Positions 20,381-30,363 of a stretch of 64,000 nucleotides of DNA are shown in pieces. Location: the IMG/VR virus record IMGVR_UViG_3300025128_005882, positions 1 through 64,000 of that record. One strand, 5' to 3'. The position numbers and the translations under genes were made by a program. The notes beneath the pieces were generated by a model. That model was not told the origin of the DNA and ran no database searches. It saw only the letters and a list, made by a program, of their open reading frames with translations. Origin of the DNA: a virus. Every line of letters begins with the position of its first letter. The stretch's first letter is position 1.

Positions 20381-21126
20381 ACTTCTTCCTTAATTATCTG
20401 ATAGCCTCTATCTCGAATATAATTCCAGTACTTGTTCATACCTTGATTATTGACATTATTCTTAGATATGGCGTTATCATCTTCCCCTATGCTGTGCCCA
20501 GTCTCTGGTTGAGATCCCCACATTTCTCTATCGTCTTTAGGGTGCGGAGGAACATAGCTGTGTAGCCCCAAATGCTTCTTTACTGCATACGAAAGATGCA
20601 TGTCTTCACCAAAGTGGTGAGGCGCTGGAATTGGAGCTTCGCCCCAAAAGAATCTTAGCCAATCAGTCTCGAAAAACCAAGAGTGACATAGCATATCGAC
20701 TCTTTCTACCTCTTCGTTTGGGCTTCCCCATCCGTGAGTTTCGTATCCATTGTAGGGGTAGTTACGATCATCTTCTGGGTTCATTACGACGCCTCTCGTT
20801 CCTAGCGGCCCTCTGTGACTTTCCATAGTCATCAGGCAGTTTTCAAGCCACTTTCTGCCGGGAATTGTATCGTCATCTATGATGTTGACATACTTGGTGC
20901 TAGCATTAAGCGCTAGCGCAAATCTACCCCATACACCATAGTTACTATTTGACATTGTTGACTCGCAGGCCTGCACTACATCTTTTGGAAAATCTTGCAT
21001 TTCACCATCAGGGCTATTAGTCCATAGCCATACATCTACATCATCAACTGTTTGATTTTTTATAGCCTCATATTGCTGCTTAAGCGCGTGAGCCCTTTTG
21101 TATCCGCTTAGTATAACAGTTATCAT
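20377..21126 (-). CDS. Glycosyltransferase (GT-A fold)
   Basis: NYGVWGRF, IIDDDTIPG, GEDMHLS. Confidence 0.75.
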   Translation of the reverse strand: MITVILSGYKRAHALKQQYEAIKNQTVDDVDVWLWTNSPDGEMQDFPKDVVQACESTMSNSNYGVWGRFALALNASTKYVNIIDDDTIPGRKWLENCLMTMESHRGPLGTRGVVMNPEDDRNYPYNGYETHGWGSPNEEVERVDMLCHSWFFETDWLRFFWGEAPIPAPHHFGEDMHLSYAVKKHLGLHSYVPPHPKDDREMWGSQPETGHSIGEDDNAISKNNVNNQGMNKYWNYIRDRGYQIIKEEV

Positions 21127-22025
21127 TGCAGTTCTCCAATCTTCTCATCAAACTTTTGTTTAATTTCATGCCACCCAAGTTTGGCACATATCTTTTGCGT
21201 TCTATTAAAGCATGTATGCTTTTTAATTGTCTCTTCTCTAATCTTTTTATGAGAAAAACTCTCTCCTAACTCAAAACAACGTTCAACGCCTCTGTATATA
21301 TTTTGCAGGGAGTTCATAACCACTTGCGCCTGAGTCTCATATTTACCTTTGTAGAAAACATTTGCCCCATGATAAATACCGGAGAAGAGCGATTGAGGTA
21401 TACTCTGGTCGTCTCTAGAGATTATAATGTTTTTGTAGTTAGGGTAGAGCGCTTGCAGGTTTAATTCAGGTGCGGTTATGTCAATATGTTCTGTTAATTC
21501 TGCTTCGTTAGAAACAAAGTGGTGACTGGTTCCTTTAAGCTGGCTAGAAAACCTACTTCTTGAGTCATAGTTAGTTATGACACAATTATCAATGTCAAAA
21601 TCTTGCGGCTTAGGCTGTGTTGCTGCTGCAAAGATGTCTGCGGCTGGTAAAAGCTCTACAACCTCTAATACGGTAGACTTTAATTTGTTTATATCTTTAG
21701 GTGTGGATGTGAATATAAACTGGCAATTCAAACCCGTACTCCTCACTATCGCGTCAAGCTGCTCAACGTGATTTTGCTGAGCGCCTGTCATATTGAGAGC
21801 GCATTTTATGTTCTGATTTTCCGTAAGGTACTTGACGCAATCGGATGTCAGCCTACTGAAATGAGCAACAAAAAAGTTGGGCTGGAAAGAATCGAATATA
21901 TCATAAGCGCTGATTCTATCAGAATTCCACAGAGCAGCTTGGATGCCAATCGAATTGAAAGATTGACATAAGTACATGGGCTCTGTACTATTAGGACTTG
22001 AGTAATCTTGTATTAGTACGCGCAT
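21123..22025 (-). CDS. Divergent GT-B-like protein
   Basis: C-terminal KKHTCFNR resembles the CgeB/Glyco_trans_1_2 tail. Confidence 0.45.
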   Translation of the reverse strand: MRVLIQDYSSPNSTEPMYLCQSFNSIGIQAALWNSDRISAYDIFDSFQPNFFVAHFSRLTSDCVKYLTENQNIKCALNMTGAQQNHVEQLDAIVRSTGLNCQFIFTSTPKDINKLKSTVLEVVELLPAADIFAAATQPKPQDFDIDNCVITNYDSRSRFSSQLKGTSHHFVSNEAELTEHIDITAPELNLQALYPNYKNIIISRDDQSIPQSLFSGIYHGANVFYKGKYETQAQVVMNSLQNIYRGVERCFELGESFSHKKIREETIKKHTCFNRTQKICAKLGWHEIKQKFDEKIGELQ

Positions 22026-22767
22026 AAGTTTTCCTTACCTCGTGATACGTTTTTATGTTATCTAGTTTTAATATATTGTGTTTTTGGTTTTGAAGTGCTT
22101 GTATTCTGTGTTTTGATTTTAGTATGTCATTTAGAGCCTCGAATATAAATTTGTTCTTATATTCCATGTTGGAAATAAGTTTTCTCATATATTCTATAAT
22201 CAAAGGATTGCCGAGGAATAGTACTTCACACCATTTGTTTGGCATACCGTAGCAGAAGTGTTGGGGATTACCCTTTTGATCTATAGTAACACCGACATCG
22301 AACGCTTCATTCTTCTCTTCATACACGACAGAGGAGATCCTTACGTCTATCATTTTCAATAGATGATCCTGTATTATTATCTCCCCGTTGCATACCAGTA
22401 TCTTATCGTTTAGGGTGTTATTTAGGCATAGTCTCAAACTCTCACACGAGTTGGAATTGTTATGCATCTGATTTTCTACGAACCGCGCAGATATTTTCTT
22501 ATGATTTTCTCTTATGTGCTTAATAACTTTCTCAGCCTCAAACCCTCCGCAGATGATGAGCTCAAAGTTTTTCAACACCCTCTTTATAGCAGATATTTGC
22601 AAGTCTATAAGGGTTGTGTTACCTATCTTGGCAAGCGGAGTAGGGCCATATGATTTCATCCTGTGTCCAGCGTTTTCGCATAAAAGAACAACAGTCACTA
22701 AGTCATTTGACTCTTCTATAGCAACATGGTGGGGCGACGTTATAAAGTTTGTGTTTCTAGCCATCAA
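21991..22767 (-). CDS. Divergent nucleotidyltransferase (NTP_transf/LicC-like)
   Basis: LLCENAGHRMKSYGPTPL is a degenerate LAAGxGxRM...PKxL. Confidence 0.6.
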   Translation of the reverse strand: MMARNTNFITSPHHVAIEESNDLVTVVLLCENAGHRMKSYGPTPLAKIGNTTLIDLQISAIKRVLKNFELIICGGFEAEKVIKHIRENHKKISARFVENQMHNNSNSCESLRLCLNNTLNDKILVCNGEIIIQDHLLKMIDVRISSVVYEEKNEAFDVGVTIDQKGNPQHFCYGMPNKWCEVLFLGNPLIIEYMRKLISNMEYKNKFIFEALNDILKSKHRIQALQNQKHNILKLDNIKTYHEVRKTYARTNTRLLKS

Positions 22768-23506
22768 ATCGCTTATATAAACTGGTTTCTTTAGACTCTT
22801 CTCTCAGGGCGATCTGCATCTTATCGTAGTCTCTGTGGTCTAAATATCTGTTATTAATAGCTTTGAATAATATTGTAGAAGAACTTGAGTCTTCAAAGAA
22901 TACATACCTTTCTAGTAAGTCGTTTACGGACTTATCTATTTTCTTATATGTGTCCTTTTCAACAACCTCTCCCACATTTAGCTTAGTTATGTAATTTTGG
23001 ACAGCTATCTTTTTAAATGTGTCGTAGTCTCTCTGTTTTTCGTTTCCATAGACTACTACCTTGATACTGTGAAACCCAGCATCTTCTAGACTTCGCATAT
23101 GCTTTCTCATATTATTTGTGAACTCAGGACAAAGCATTTTATATGAGTGTGAGAGACAAACATAAATACTGCCGTGGTCGTAGTTAATATCGCATATAGA
23201 TTTGATCGTTTCTTCTAGGCCGTCTGTTTCTTCTTCTATGTAAACCGCTATTCCAAATGTCTTTTTTCTTATCTTCTTGATTTGTTCTAGCGACAAGTCG
23301 TATCGTTTGTCAACTTTGTACGAGCATAGTGTGTTTATAACATAAAACTCTTTATCTTTGTCATATGCCTCAAAGCCCATACCTTTTTCCATATAGGCCT
23401 CAGCCCTGCCAGCCTCACATCCAGTCTGCGTTTTGTCTTCATATATGGCGAACTTGCAGTCTTTGCAACTCGTTTCGGCTACTTTATCTAGTTGCTTCGA
23501 TTTCAT
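22757..23506 (-). CDS. Hypothetical protein with Cys-rich N-terminus and GT2-like remnant
   Basis: CKDC...C...C followed by LEETIKSI. Confidence 0.45.
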   Translation of the reverse strand: MKSKQLDKVAETSCKDCKFAIYEDKTQTGCEAGRAEAYMEKGMGFEAYDKDKEFYVINTLCSYKVDKRYDLSLEQIKKIRKKTFGIAVYIEEETDGLEETIKSICDINYDHGSIYVCLSHSYKMLCPEFTNNMRKHMRSLEDAGFHSIKVVVYGNEKQRDYDTFKKIAVQNYITKLNVGEVVEKDTYKKIDKSVNDLLERYVFFEDSSSSTILFKAINNRYLDHRDYDKMQIALREESKETSLYKRFDG

Positions 23507-23903
23507 ACCTGTATCCTTGATAGCTGGTTGAAGAAACTTTTAAACCTAAAGATTGTAATAGAGATTTAATCGAGCTCATATCCAAACACGATCTTCCACG
23601 AAAGATAACCTCATTGGCTTCTGCAGAATTTATCTCTCCAGAAACAATGGCTCTTGACAGTAGCCTTATGTCTGTTCCGCCGATGCAGATCTTGCCGCCA
23701 CGACGAGTCTTGCTCTCAATAAGTTTTACAAACCCCTGAACATTGCCAACGGGAACCTCGTCTAATATATCAGAAGCAAGAATAAATTCACACTCGTTCA
23801 TTGCTAGATTATTAAGGTCAACAGAGCCATTAATAACCTCAACCTTTTGGTATCCGTCAACTGCCTCTGAGCCTTTCGGTACAATATGTATCTTTGTCAT
23901 CAC
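23484..23903 (-). CDS. Degenerate class I methyltransferase-like protein
   Basis: CEFILASDILD...RRGGKI resembles D.I.A.H.LEH...LKPGG. Confidence 0.45.
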   Translation of the reverse strand: MMTKIHIVPKGSEAVDGYQKVEVINGSVDLNNLAMNECEFILASDILDEVPVGNVQGFVKLIESKTRRGGKICIGGTDIRLLSRAIVSGEINSAEANEVIFRGRSCLDMSSIKSLLQSLGLKVSSTSYQGYRYEIEATR

Positions 23904-24958
23904 TAAGCCTTTTTGTAGAAGTTGTTATTTTTTATGTTATAAGCCTCGTTGAAAATTTTACTCCAGTTCGATATAAAACTTTCTTCAGAGAACTGTTCAA
24001 TTACTGTCTGACGTGCATTTTCGCCAAGCCTATTTCTAAGGTCTTCGTCTCCAAGTAGCTGTTCTATGTATGATCTTAATTCCTTTTCGTCGTTTGAAAT
24101 CATGCCATTCTCACCGTGTTTCACAACATCAGGTATCATACATGTTGCGGTTGTCACCACTGCGCAGCCGCACGCCATTGCTTCCAAAAGAGATGTAGGA
24201 ATTGGACTTACCGTTGTAGTATTTAGATACACCTGAGTGCTTGCGTAATCTTTTACAAGCTCCTCAATACAGCTAGCGGGCTCAGAAAAACCGTCTGGAC
24301 TACTCCCTATAACTTTAGTTTCGATTCCATTCGTTATTCTTTCCCAACCAGAGTAATTTAAACAGTAGTCTCTGTTCTTAAAGTCGTTAGCTACGGTTAG
24401 CACTACAGGACTTCTGTCATAGCCCCCCGGCTTGAATAGTTCTACATCAACTGCATGGTGAACCACCTGTTGATTGTCTGACTGTATTTTCCATTGCTCC
24501 CTAGACCAGTCAGAGATAAATACATTTATATCTCCTGCCATTCCCTTTATTTCTTCTAGCCACTCTTGTTTTAGAACTGAGGTGGGAGCTGTGTGTTCTA
24601 GCGCTATAATTGGAAGATTTAATTTTTGATTTATTAGTTCGGCCACTTGGAACTGGCCAAATTTACTTTGAGCCAAAATAAAGTCAAACTTGATGCCTCT
24701 GTACAGTGTCTCTTTTGGGAGGGCGTAGAAGTTATCGGGCACTTTGCCATAATCTTCATTCCATACTTTTATACCTTCAGTCAAAAAGCCGTAAAAGTTG
24801 TGACCAGTTTTAGCCATTAGCGTCTGGTATCTTTCGTGCGTAGCAAATGTAAGTATGTTATACTTCTCTCTTTTGCCAGAAGTCGCATCGTCTATGAGTC
24901 TAGAAACATAGTCACTTGGCGGCATCTCTGGTACACGTACTCTATGTGTTCTAGGCAT
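23903..24958 (-). CDS. Glycosyltransferase family 4
   Basis: PTSLLEAMACG, HGENG, LGENAR. Confidence 0.88.
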   Translation of the reverse strand: MPRTHRVRVPEMPPSDYVSRLIDDATSGKREKYNILTFATHERYQTLMAKTGHNFYGFLTEGIKVWNEDYGKVPDNFYALPKETLYRGIKFDFILAQSKFGQFQVAELINQKLNLPIIALEHTAPTSVLKQEWLEEIKGMAGDINVFISDWSREQWKIQSDNQQVVHHAVDVELFKPGGYDRSPVVLTVANDFKNRDYCLNYSGWERITNGIETKVIGSSPDGFSEPASCIEELVKDYASTQVYLNTTTVSPIPTSLLEAMACGCAVVTTATCMIPDVVKHGENGMISNDEKELRSYIEQLLGDEDLRNRLGENARQTVIEQFSEESFISNWSKIFNEAYNIKNNNFYKKA

Positions 24959-26078
24959 TTAAAAACTCCTTTATCTTATTTCCTACAGACTCATATGAGA
25001 ACTCTTTCGCTCTTTTTATGCCAGCCTGCCTATCAATGACGTGTCTGTTTTCATAATAATATCTCATAGACTTTTTAATTTCTACCTCGCTGGGGTCAAA
25101 CCACAGCTCTCTTCCGGTTAGTATTTCTGGGAAGGCTGCGTCTGGGCAGTCGCAAACTGCTAGCTGGCCGCCAACTAGTGTTCCGGTGCTCTTATCTTTA
25201 GGATCTATAAAATCAGCCGGCCCTCCAAAATTGCTACATATTGGCGTTTTTCCATAAGCCATAGCTTCAAAGGATGGTATAGACCAAGCTTCACCGTGAG
25301 ATGGGCACACAAAACAGTCTCCGTACTGATGTAAGGCCTTGACTCCTTCATCAGGTAGGTCGTCTGCTATGACTACTTCTGGCGCGTAATGCTCATCATT
25401 TCTGTATATCCTTAGTCTATTCCTTACCGCCGCACAAAGATTACCTACTTGTGACACTGTGTCCGATGGAGATTGACCGTACTTTCTAACTTTAATTATT
25501 AAGGATACGTTATCAGATCTTCCAAACTCAGAGTGGAAGCATTTGACTACAGATGCCAGATTCTTCCTCTCATTTAAGTCTCCAATATAATAAAATTTAA
25601 ACGTACCGTCTGCTTCGGGTATTTCTACTTGCTGACTAGCTGAACCAAAGAACTTAGCCATGTCGCTAGGGTGAGGCAAAACTTTTAACCCACCCTTTAC
25701 GACAACCCCGTCGTCGATTAGGCTAGACCAAGAGCTAGAATTTGGAACCCAAACTTCATCCATCTGACGCAAGTGAACAGCCCAAGGCTGCATTTTTATA
25801 TTAAGAGTTTCGCCTTCAAACCGAGCTACATTTTTCTTAAATTTGTCTGTACCAACCAAGTGGTGAGGTAGTAAGTGTTGTATACAATACTCAGCTCCCG
25901 CTACAGACTTCTTTTCTAGCTCCAGTATGTTTTCGGGCACTTGGTACTGTAGTCCAGTCAATGCAACATTGCGAGGCACTACATCTATACCTACCCGTTC
26001 CATTGCAGATATTGCATTTATTGAAGCGCTAGCCCAACCAGTGCCTTCTTTATAGTGACCTAAATATAATACTTTCAT
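24951..26078 (-). CDS. Glycosyltransferase family 4
   Basis: ERKN, PSHGEAWSIPSFEAMAYG. Confidence 0.88.
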   Translation of the reverse strand: MKVLYLGHYKEGTGWASASINAISAMERVGIDVVPRNVALTGLQYQVPENILELEKKSVAGAEYCIQHLLPHHLVGTDKFKKNVARFEGETLNIKMQPWAVHLRQMDEVWVPNSSSWSSLIDDGVVVKGGLKVLPHPSDMAKFFGSASQQVEIPEADGTFKFYYIGDLNERKNLASVVKCFHSEFGRSDNVSLIIKVRKYGQSPSDTVSQVGNLCAAVRNRLRIYRNDEHYAPEVVIADDLPDEGVKALHQYGDCFVCPSHGEAWSIPSFEAMAYGKTPICSNFGGPADFIDPKDKSTGTLVGGQLAVCDCPDAAFPEILTGRELWFDPSEVEIKKSMRYYYENRHVIDRQAGIKRAKEFSYESVGNKIKEFLNA

Positions 26079-27754
26079 TAAGATTGCATCCTTTGCTTCA
26101 TAGATTCCACTCTAATATTTTCCCAATGCATTCTTCTCTGATTGAGCTGAGAAAAATGATCGTATGCTATATCAAAGTTAAACGCCTGTCTAGTATTTCT
26201 GCCCTCAAAAGCTGCTGACTCCTCGTTAAAATACATGCCTCCGGTAGATGCGGTGGAAGTGTTGTAAATCAAGTCTCTTGTCAGTCTGGCTTCAAAGAAT
26301 GTATTTAAAAATCTGGGCTCTCTAAGCACCTCGACTATTAACCATTTTGCAACCTGCGATTGTGTCATTGTATTATAATCAACCTTTATCTTTGGAGCTG
26401 AAGGCTGAAGAAGTGGCTGAGATGCCCAAGTTTGTTCGATTGGCGGTATCTCTACGCTGTCAAAGTATGACTCCCAGACTTTGCCGCTTTTGTCCCACTG
26501 GTAAAACTCCTCAAAGTTACTGCGTGTATTGTCACTGTCGGCTTTTCTTTCGTCATCTGTTTTTGAGAAAAACTTAAGAAACTCTTTTGCTGTGTTTTCG
26601 TTGTCAGGCACTGCTCTAAAGCAACCCGTTTCAAGCTCTTTGTAGAGAGCTTTTGGTGGCAAAGGCGTGCCGCCCAGCTTTCTTATCACGCTCTCCATTG
26701 CTGAGTAATCTGTTGACATAACCGGAACACCGCAAGCCGCCGCTTCTACTTGAGGTAAACCAAAGCCTTCTGAATTTGCATACTGCACATACAGGTCAAA
26801 TAAATTAATGATGTCTGACAGCTGCTCGTAGGAAGCTCCAGACTTTACACTAGATAGCTCTGCGTTGAACTTCCTAGTATAAGGAGACTCAGTTACAGCT
26901 CCTCTAAAGATAGACACAAAAGGCATCCTTGTTTCTGGGCATATGTATGTAAATAGGACTTTGGAGGCTATACCGTGCTGATGAAGGAGTTCTGGCACGT
27001 CCCACCCTAAGTCTGGATAGCTAGTGTGGCAGTAAAGATAACAGTTCTTATCTTCACTTTTATCTAGAAACATTTTGAACGCTTCAAAGAGGTCAGGATA
27101 AAGCTTTCTCCTTTGGTTTCGCATCACAGTGCCTATGATCTTAGCGTTTGGATCTAGGTCATATTTTTCTCTAAGCTGTTTTTTGTCTTTTTGCTGATAG
27201 GCTGCGTGGGCAGAAGGAGGAGAGCTGCCAAGATAATTAATCTTTCCGCCAGACTGGTCGTCTAGTATGCCGCCGGCCCAGTCTGAGTATGTTAAACATG
27301 CGTCTGCAGATTGGTATGTGCTGATCCATTGTCTGGCTTGAGGGCGAGCATCTACGGTGGGCATGATACACCATTTAAAATATGGTCTATAAGGAGATCT
27401 CTCTGCAAAGTCAAGCATCCAAAAGTCTCTAATGTCACATACCACATCTGGTAGAAAATCAAGACACACCCTTTCAAACGCCCACTCACCGAACTGGTTA
27501 GTGGCTTTAGAGCCGTAGTCGTTTATTTCTTCTTGAGAAGATTTAGGCTCTGAGTTCATGTTAGGCATAGCGCCATAAAATTTCCAAGGTATTGAGTCGC
27601 CCCTTGCATCATTTAACTCGCCGTAGGCTGATAGCTCAGCAAGTTCGTATTTGCCTGTGCTGTGTAGGTATGTAAGTATCTCTCTATTGTATGTGGCATA
27701 TCCAGTATTTAAGAAAGTTGCTTCGCCACAAAAAAGTATACGTTTTTTTCTCAT
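26078..27754 (-). CDS. Glycosyltransferase family 4
   Basis: TGYA, RNQRRK, EGFGLPQVEAAACG. Confidence 0.88.
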   Translation of the reverse strand: MRKKRILFCGEATFLNTGYATYNREILTYLHSTGKYELAELSAYGELNDARGDSIPWKFYGAMPNMNSEPKSSQEEINDYGSKATNQFGEWAFERVCLDFLPDVVCDIRDFWMLDFAERSPYRPYFKWCIMPTVDARPQARQWISTYQSADACLTYSDWAGGILDDQSGGKINYLGSSPPSAHAAYQQKDKKQLREKYDLDPNAKIIGTVMRNQRRKLYPDLFEAFKMFLDKSEDKNCYLYCHTSYPDLGWDVPELLHQHGIASKVLFTYICPETRMPFVSIFRGAVTESPYTRKFNAELSSVKSGASYEQLSDIINLFDLYVQYANSEGFGLPQVEAAACGVPVMSTDYSAMESVIRKLGGTPLPPKALYKELETGCFRAVPDNENTAKEFLKFFSKTDDERKADSDNTRSNFEEFYQWDKSGKVWESYFDSVEIPPIEQTWASQPLLQPSAPKIKVDYNTMTQSQVAKWLIVEVLREPRFLNTFFEARLTRDLIYNTSTASTGGMYFNEESAAFEGRNTRQAFNFDIAYDHFSQLNQRRMHWENIRVESMKQRMQS

Positions 27755-28069
27755 CTATTCTTCTTCTCCAATATTAGCAAAGTCAAACTCATTAATTCTA
27801 AATATAATGCCTTTTTCCCCTTTGCCGGGATTTCTAGCAGAAGCATGAACAGAAATCTTAGAGCCTTTTCTGGCAAACTTCTTGATTGTTTCTCCGCCCG
27901 TATGCCAAGCCTCACAATTTAAGAAGGTAGGTATTCTACTTTTTTCTCCTGTGCTCTTTGTTTTTCTGTAAGTGTAGGTTATCAAAGTGAATTCTACCAA
28001 GCTAACTCCGTTTACATTGGAGAGCTTGGGATCTTCAGATAGATATCCAGTAAAAGAACAGATGTTCAT
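27755..28069 (-). CDS. SSB-like OB-fold protein (no acidic PF tail)
   Basis: N..SFTGYLSEDP, FLNCEAW, KGSKI. Confidence 0.65.
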   Translation of the reverse strand: MNICSFTGYLSEDPKLSNVNGVSLVEFTLITYTYRKTKSTGEKSRIPTFLNCEAWHTGGETIKKFARKGSKISVHASARNPGKGEKGIIFRINEFDFANIGEEE

Positions 28070-28087
28070 ATTTTGTATCCTTTTTGT

Positions 28088-28741
28088 TTATTCAAAAGTT
28101 ATATTAATAACTTCGTTGCAATCTATGTCTTCTTCTTTGTGGTGTTTATACTTTTCGTAAAGGTCTTCACTTACCCACCAATCTTCTATTCTTCCATATC
28201 CATTCAGCACAACATCTGCCCACAAAATGCTGTACCCATAACTAGCCAGTGTTTCACGATATTTTTTATACTCGTCGGCTATTCTCTTGCGGCGGTCTGG
28301 ATAATCTTTTGTAAATGGGCAGTGTTCAGTGGATTGATATAAATTGTGTTCTAAAGTAAGAACTTTAAACTTGTACTTAGACCAATCAAATTCATTGAAT
28401 ACTTTCCACTGTGCATCATCTACGTCTAAAGATATATAATCTATGTTTTCTGGACACCCAATAGATTCTAGAAACTCATTTATGTTGACTTTCAAAAGAT
28501 CTTCGCAGTATACAGTATCTGGTCTTGACTCCTTGACTGCGTTATACCATGCTCTATCATAATCTATCGCTATGCCACCCCACTGTCTATACTCCTCGAA
28601 AAAGTAAGTATTGCTAAAATGGCCAGCGAATAGTGGCGGCAGACCTCCTGTTCCAGCGCCTATGTCTAGGAAAAATCCTTCATCTTTATTCAACAGCTTA
28701 TCGACAAAAACATCTTGTCTTACTTGTGAATTATATAGCAC
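28088..28741 (-). CDS. FkbM-family methyltransferase
   Basis: SQVRQD, FLDIGA, SNTY, IDYISLDVD, EDWW. Confidence 0.8.
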   Translation of the reverse strand: MLYNSQVRQDVFVDKLLNKDEGFFLDIGAGTGGLPPLFAGHFSNTYFFEEYRQWGGIAIDYDRAWYNAVKESRPDTVYCEDLLKVNINEFLESIGCPENIDYISLDVDDAQWKVFNEFDWSKYKFKVLTLEHNLYQSTEHCPFTKDYPDRRKRIADEYKKYRETLASYGYSILWADVVLNGYGRIEDWWVSEDLYEKYKHHKEEDIDCNEVINITFE

Positions 28742-28791
28742 GTCCTATCTCCATATTTATATATTACCCAATACATGCGAGTAAAAACACA

Positions 28792-30363
28792 CTAAATCTC
28801 AAAAATATTACTAACAATAAAAGAATTATCTTGTTCTGATACACTACCCGAGAATAGTAGATTATTACCCTCATATAACTGGTACTGAAATTTATCTCTA
28901 CATTCTGGGAATACAATTACACTATCTAAGGAACATGTTTCGTCTTCTATAGTTAAGAATGACATATACTTACCTTTTGACTTGCCCTTCTTTATCTTAT
29001 AGTCAGACACTCTTTTTATATTGCCGGCGAGCATTAAGCTCTTGCCCTTCTTTCCCTCCAGCACTTCTTTGCAGGTACTGTTCGCGCCTGATGTGTCGGC
29101 AGTCTCTACCTTAGACATGCTAATTGGACAGCCAAGATACTTAACTTCTTGACCTATGACCCAAGATGGATCGTCTGAAAGGTCATACGGAGGATTATTC
29201 AAGAAATATATCTCATTCTGTATTAGCTGACTTCGTTCTATCTTGCTAGTACCTCCACCTTCTTTCTTCGTTGGCGCGAGGTCTATAAGGCATTTCTCTA
29301 GCGTCGTCCATCTTTTCTTAGGATAGTTTTCTACGACCCACCTAAGCTCTGCGGCTGTCAAAGACCTGAATATTTCGTATTGATATAGTGCTTCATTTCT
29401 TGTAATTCTATCTCTAAAGCCACGAAAAAACCCTACTGACGCTAACGCTTTGAACGCAGTTGAATTTATCTTCTTTGACATATATACCAATACGTCCATC
29501 CACTTTAAATTTTCTGCATCCTTGCCTAGCTCATCAAGCAACTCGTCTACAGCAAGCAGAACTTTGTCCCCAGTTTTACCAGTCAGCGACTTAATGTCTT
29601 TTACGCCAAAGTATAGATTGCCTTTTCTCATGCAAAACTTTTCTGAGAAGTTAGATATATTTGGTGTCTTGGTTTCTATGTTGAATAGCTTAGCGTCACT
29701 AACCAGCTCATATATCTCTTCGTGGGGATCTTGCTTTTCACCCGCATGGTACAGATAGGACAGGAAGAACTCCTGCGTATTGTTGGCCTTGTGAAACGCG
29801 CTCCAATATGAACACATAGCATATGCTACAGCATGAGACTTGTTGAAAGAGTACCTGCTAGACTTCTCAATCCAGCTAAATATTTCGTCCGCTGTTGCTT
29901 CATCAACTGTACCTAGCTTCTTGCAACCCTTCACGAAATCCTTCTTGACTTTTGCCATCAAGTCGGCCTTCTTTTTACCAATAGCTTTTCTGAGGACGTC
30001 AGCTTCTTTTAGGTCAAACCCAGCCAGATTTTGTGCGATCCTCATGGACTGCTCTTGGTAGACTAAAACGCCGTATGTGGGTTTCAGAACATCCTTCAGC
30101 GATTCGTGTAGATAGCTAACCTCTTCTACGCCATGTTTTCTGTCAATGTATCTCTGCGTCATTGACTTACCGTCAGAAATCGCTTTCAGACATCCCGGCC
30201 TGATAAGAGCAACAAGAGCTGCAAGTTCTTCTATGTTGCTTGGCTTTAGCTTCTTAGACCAAGACTTACCAAGATTGCTTTCAAGCTGGAAGACACCTTT
30301 AGTTTTGCCTTCATGAAACAGCTCCCAAGTTTTCTCACACTTGTAGTTAATTTCTCTAGACAT
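28792..30363 (-). CDS. dnaE: DNA polymerase III alpha, C-terminal part (fingers, HhH, OB fold)
   Basis: GVFQLES, ALIRPG, TYGVLVYQEQ, ADVLRKAIGKK, YSFNKSHA, MSFLTIED. Confidence 0.92.
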   Translation of the reverse strand: MSREINYKCEKTWELFHEGKTKGVFQLESNLGKSWSKKLKPSNIEELAALVALIRPGCLKAISDGKSMTQRYIDRKHGVEEVSYLHESLKDVLKPTYGVLVYQEQSMRIAQNLAGFDLKEADVLRKAIGKKKADLMAKVKKDFVKGCKKLGTVDEATADEIFSWIEKSSRYSFNKSHAVAYAMCSYWSAFHKANNTQEFFLSYLYHAGEKQDPHEEIYELVSDAKLFNIETKTPNISNFSEKFCMRKGNLYFGVKDIKSLTGKTGDKVLLAVDELLDELGKDAENLKWMDVLVYMSKKINSTAFKALASVGFFRGFRDRITRNEALYQYEIFRSLTAAELRWVVENYPKKRWTTLEKCLIDLAPTKKEGGGTSKIERSQLIQNEIYFLNNPPYDLSDDPSWVIGQEVKYLGCPISMSKVETADTSGANSTCKEVLEGKKGKSLMLAGNIKRVSDYKIKKGKSKGKYMSFLTIEDETCSLDSVIVFPECRDKFQYQLYEGNNLLFSGSVSEQDNSFIVSNIFEI

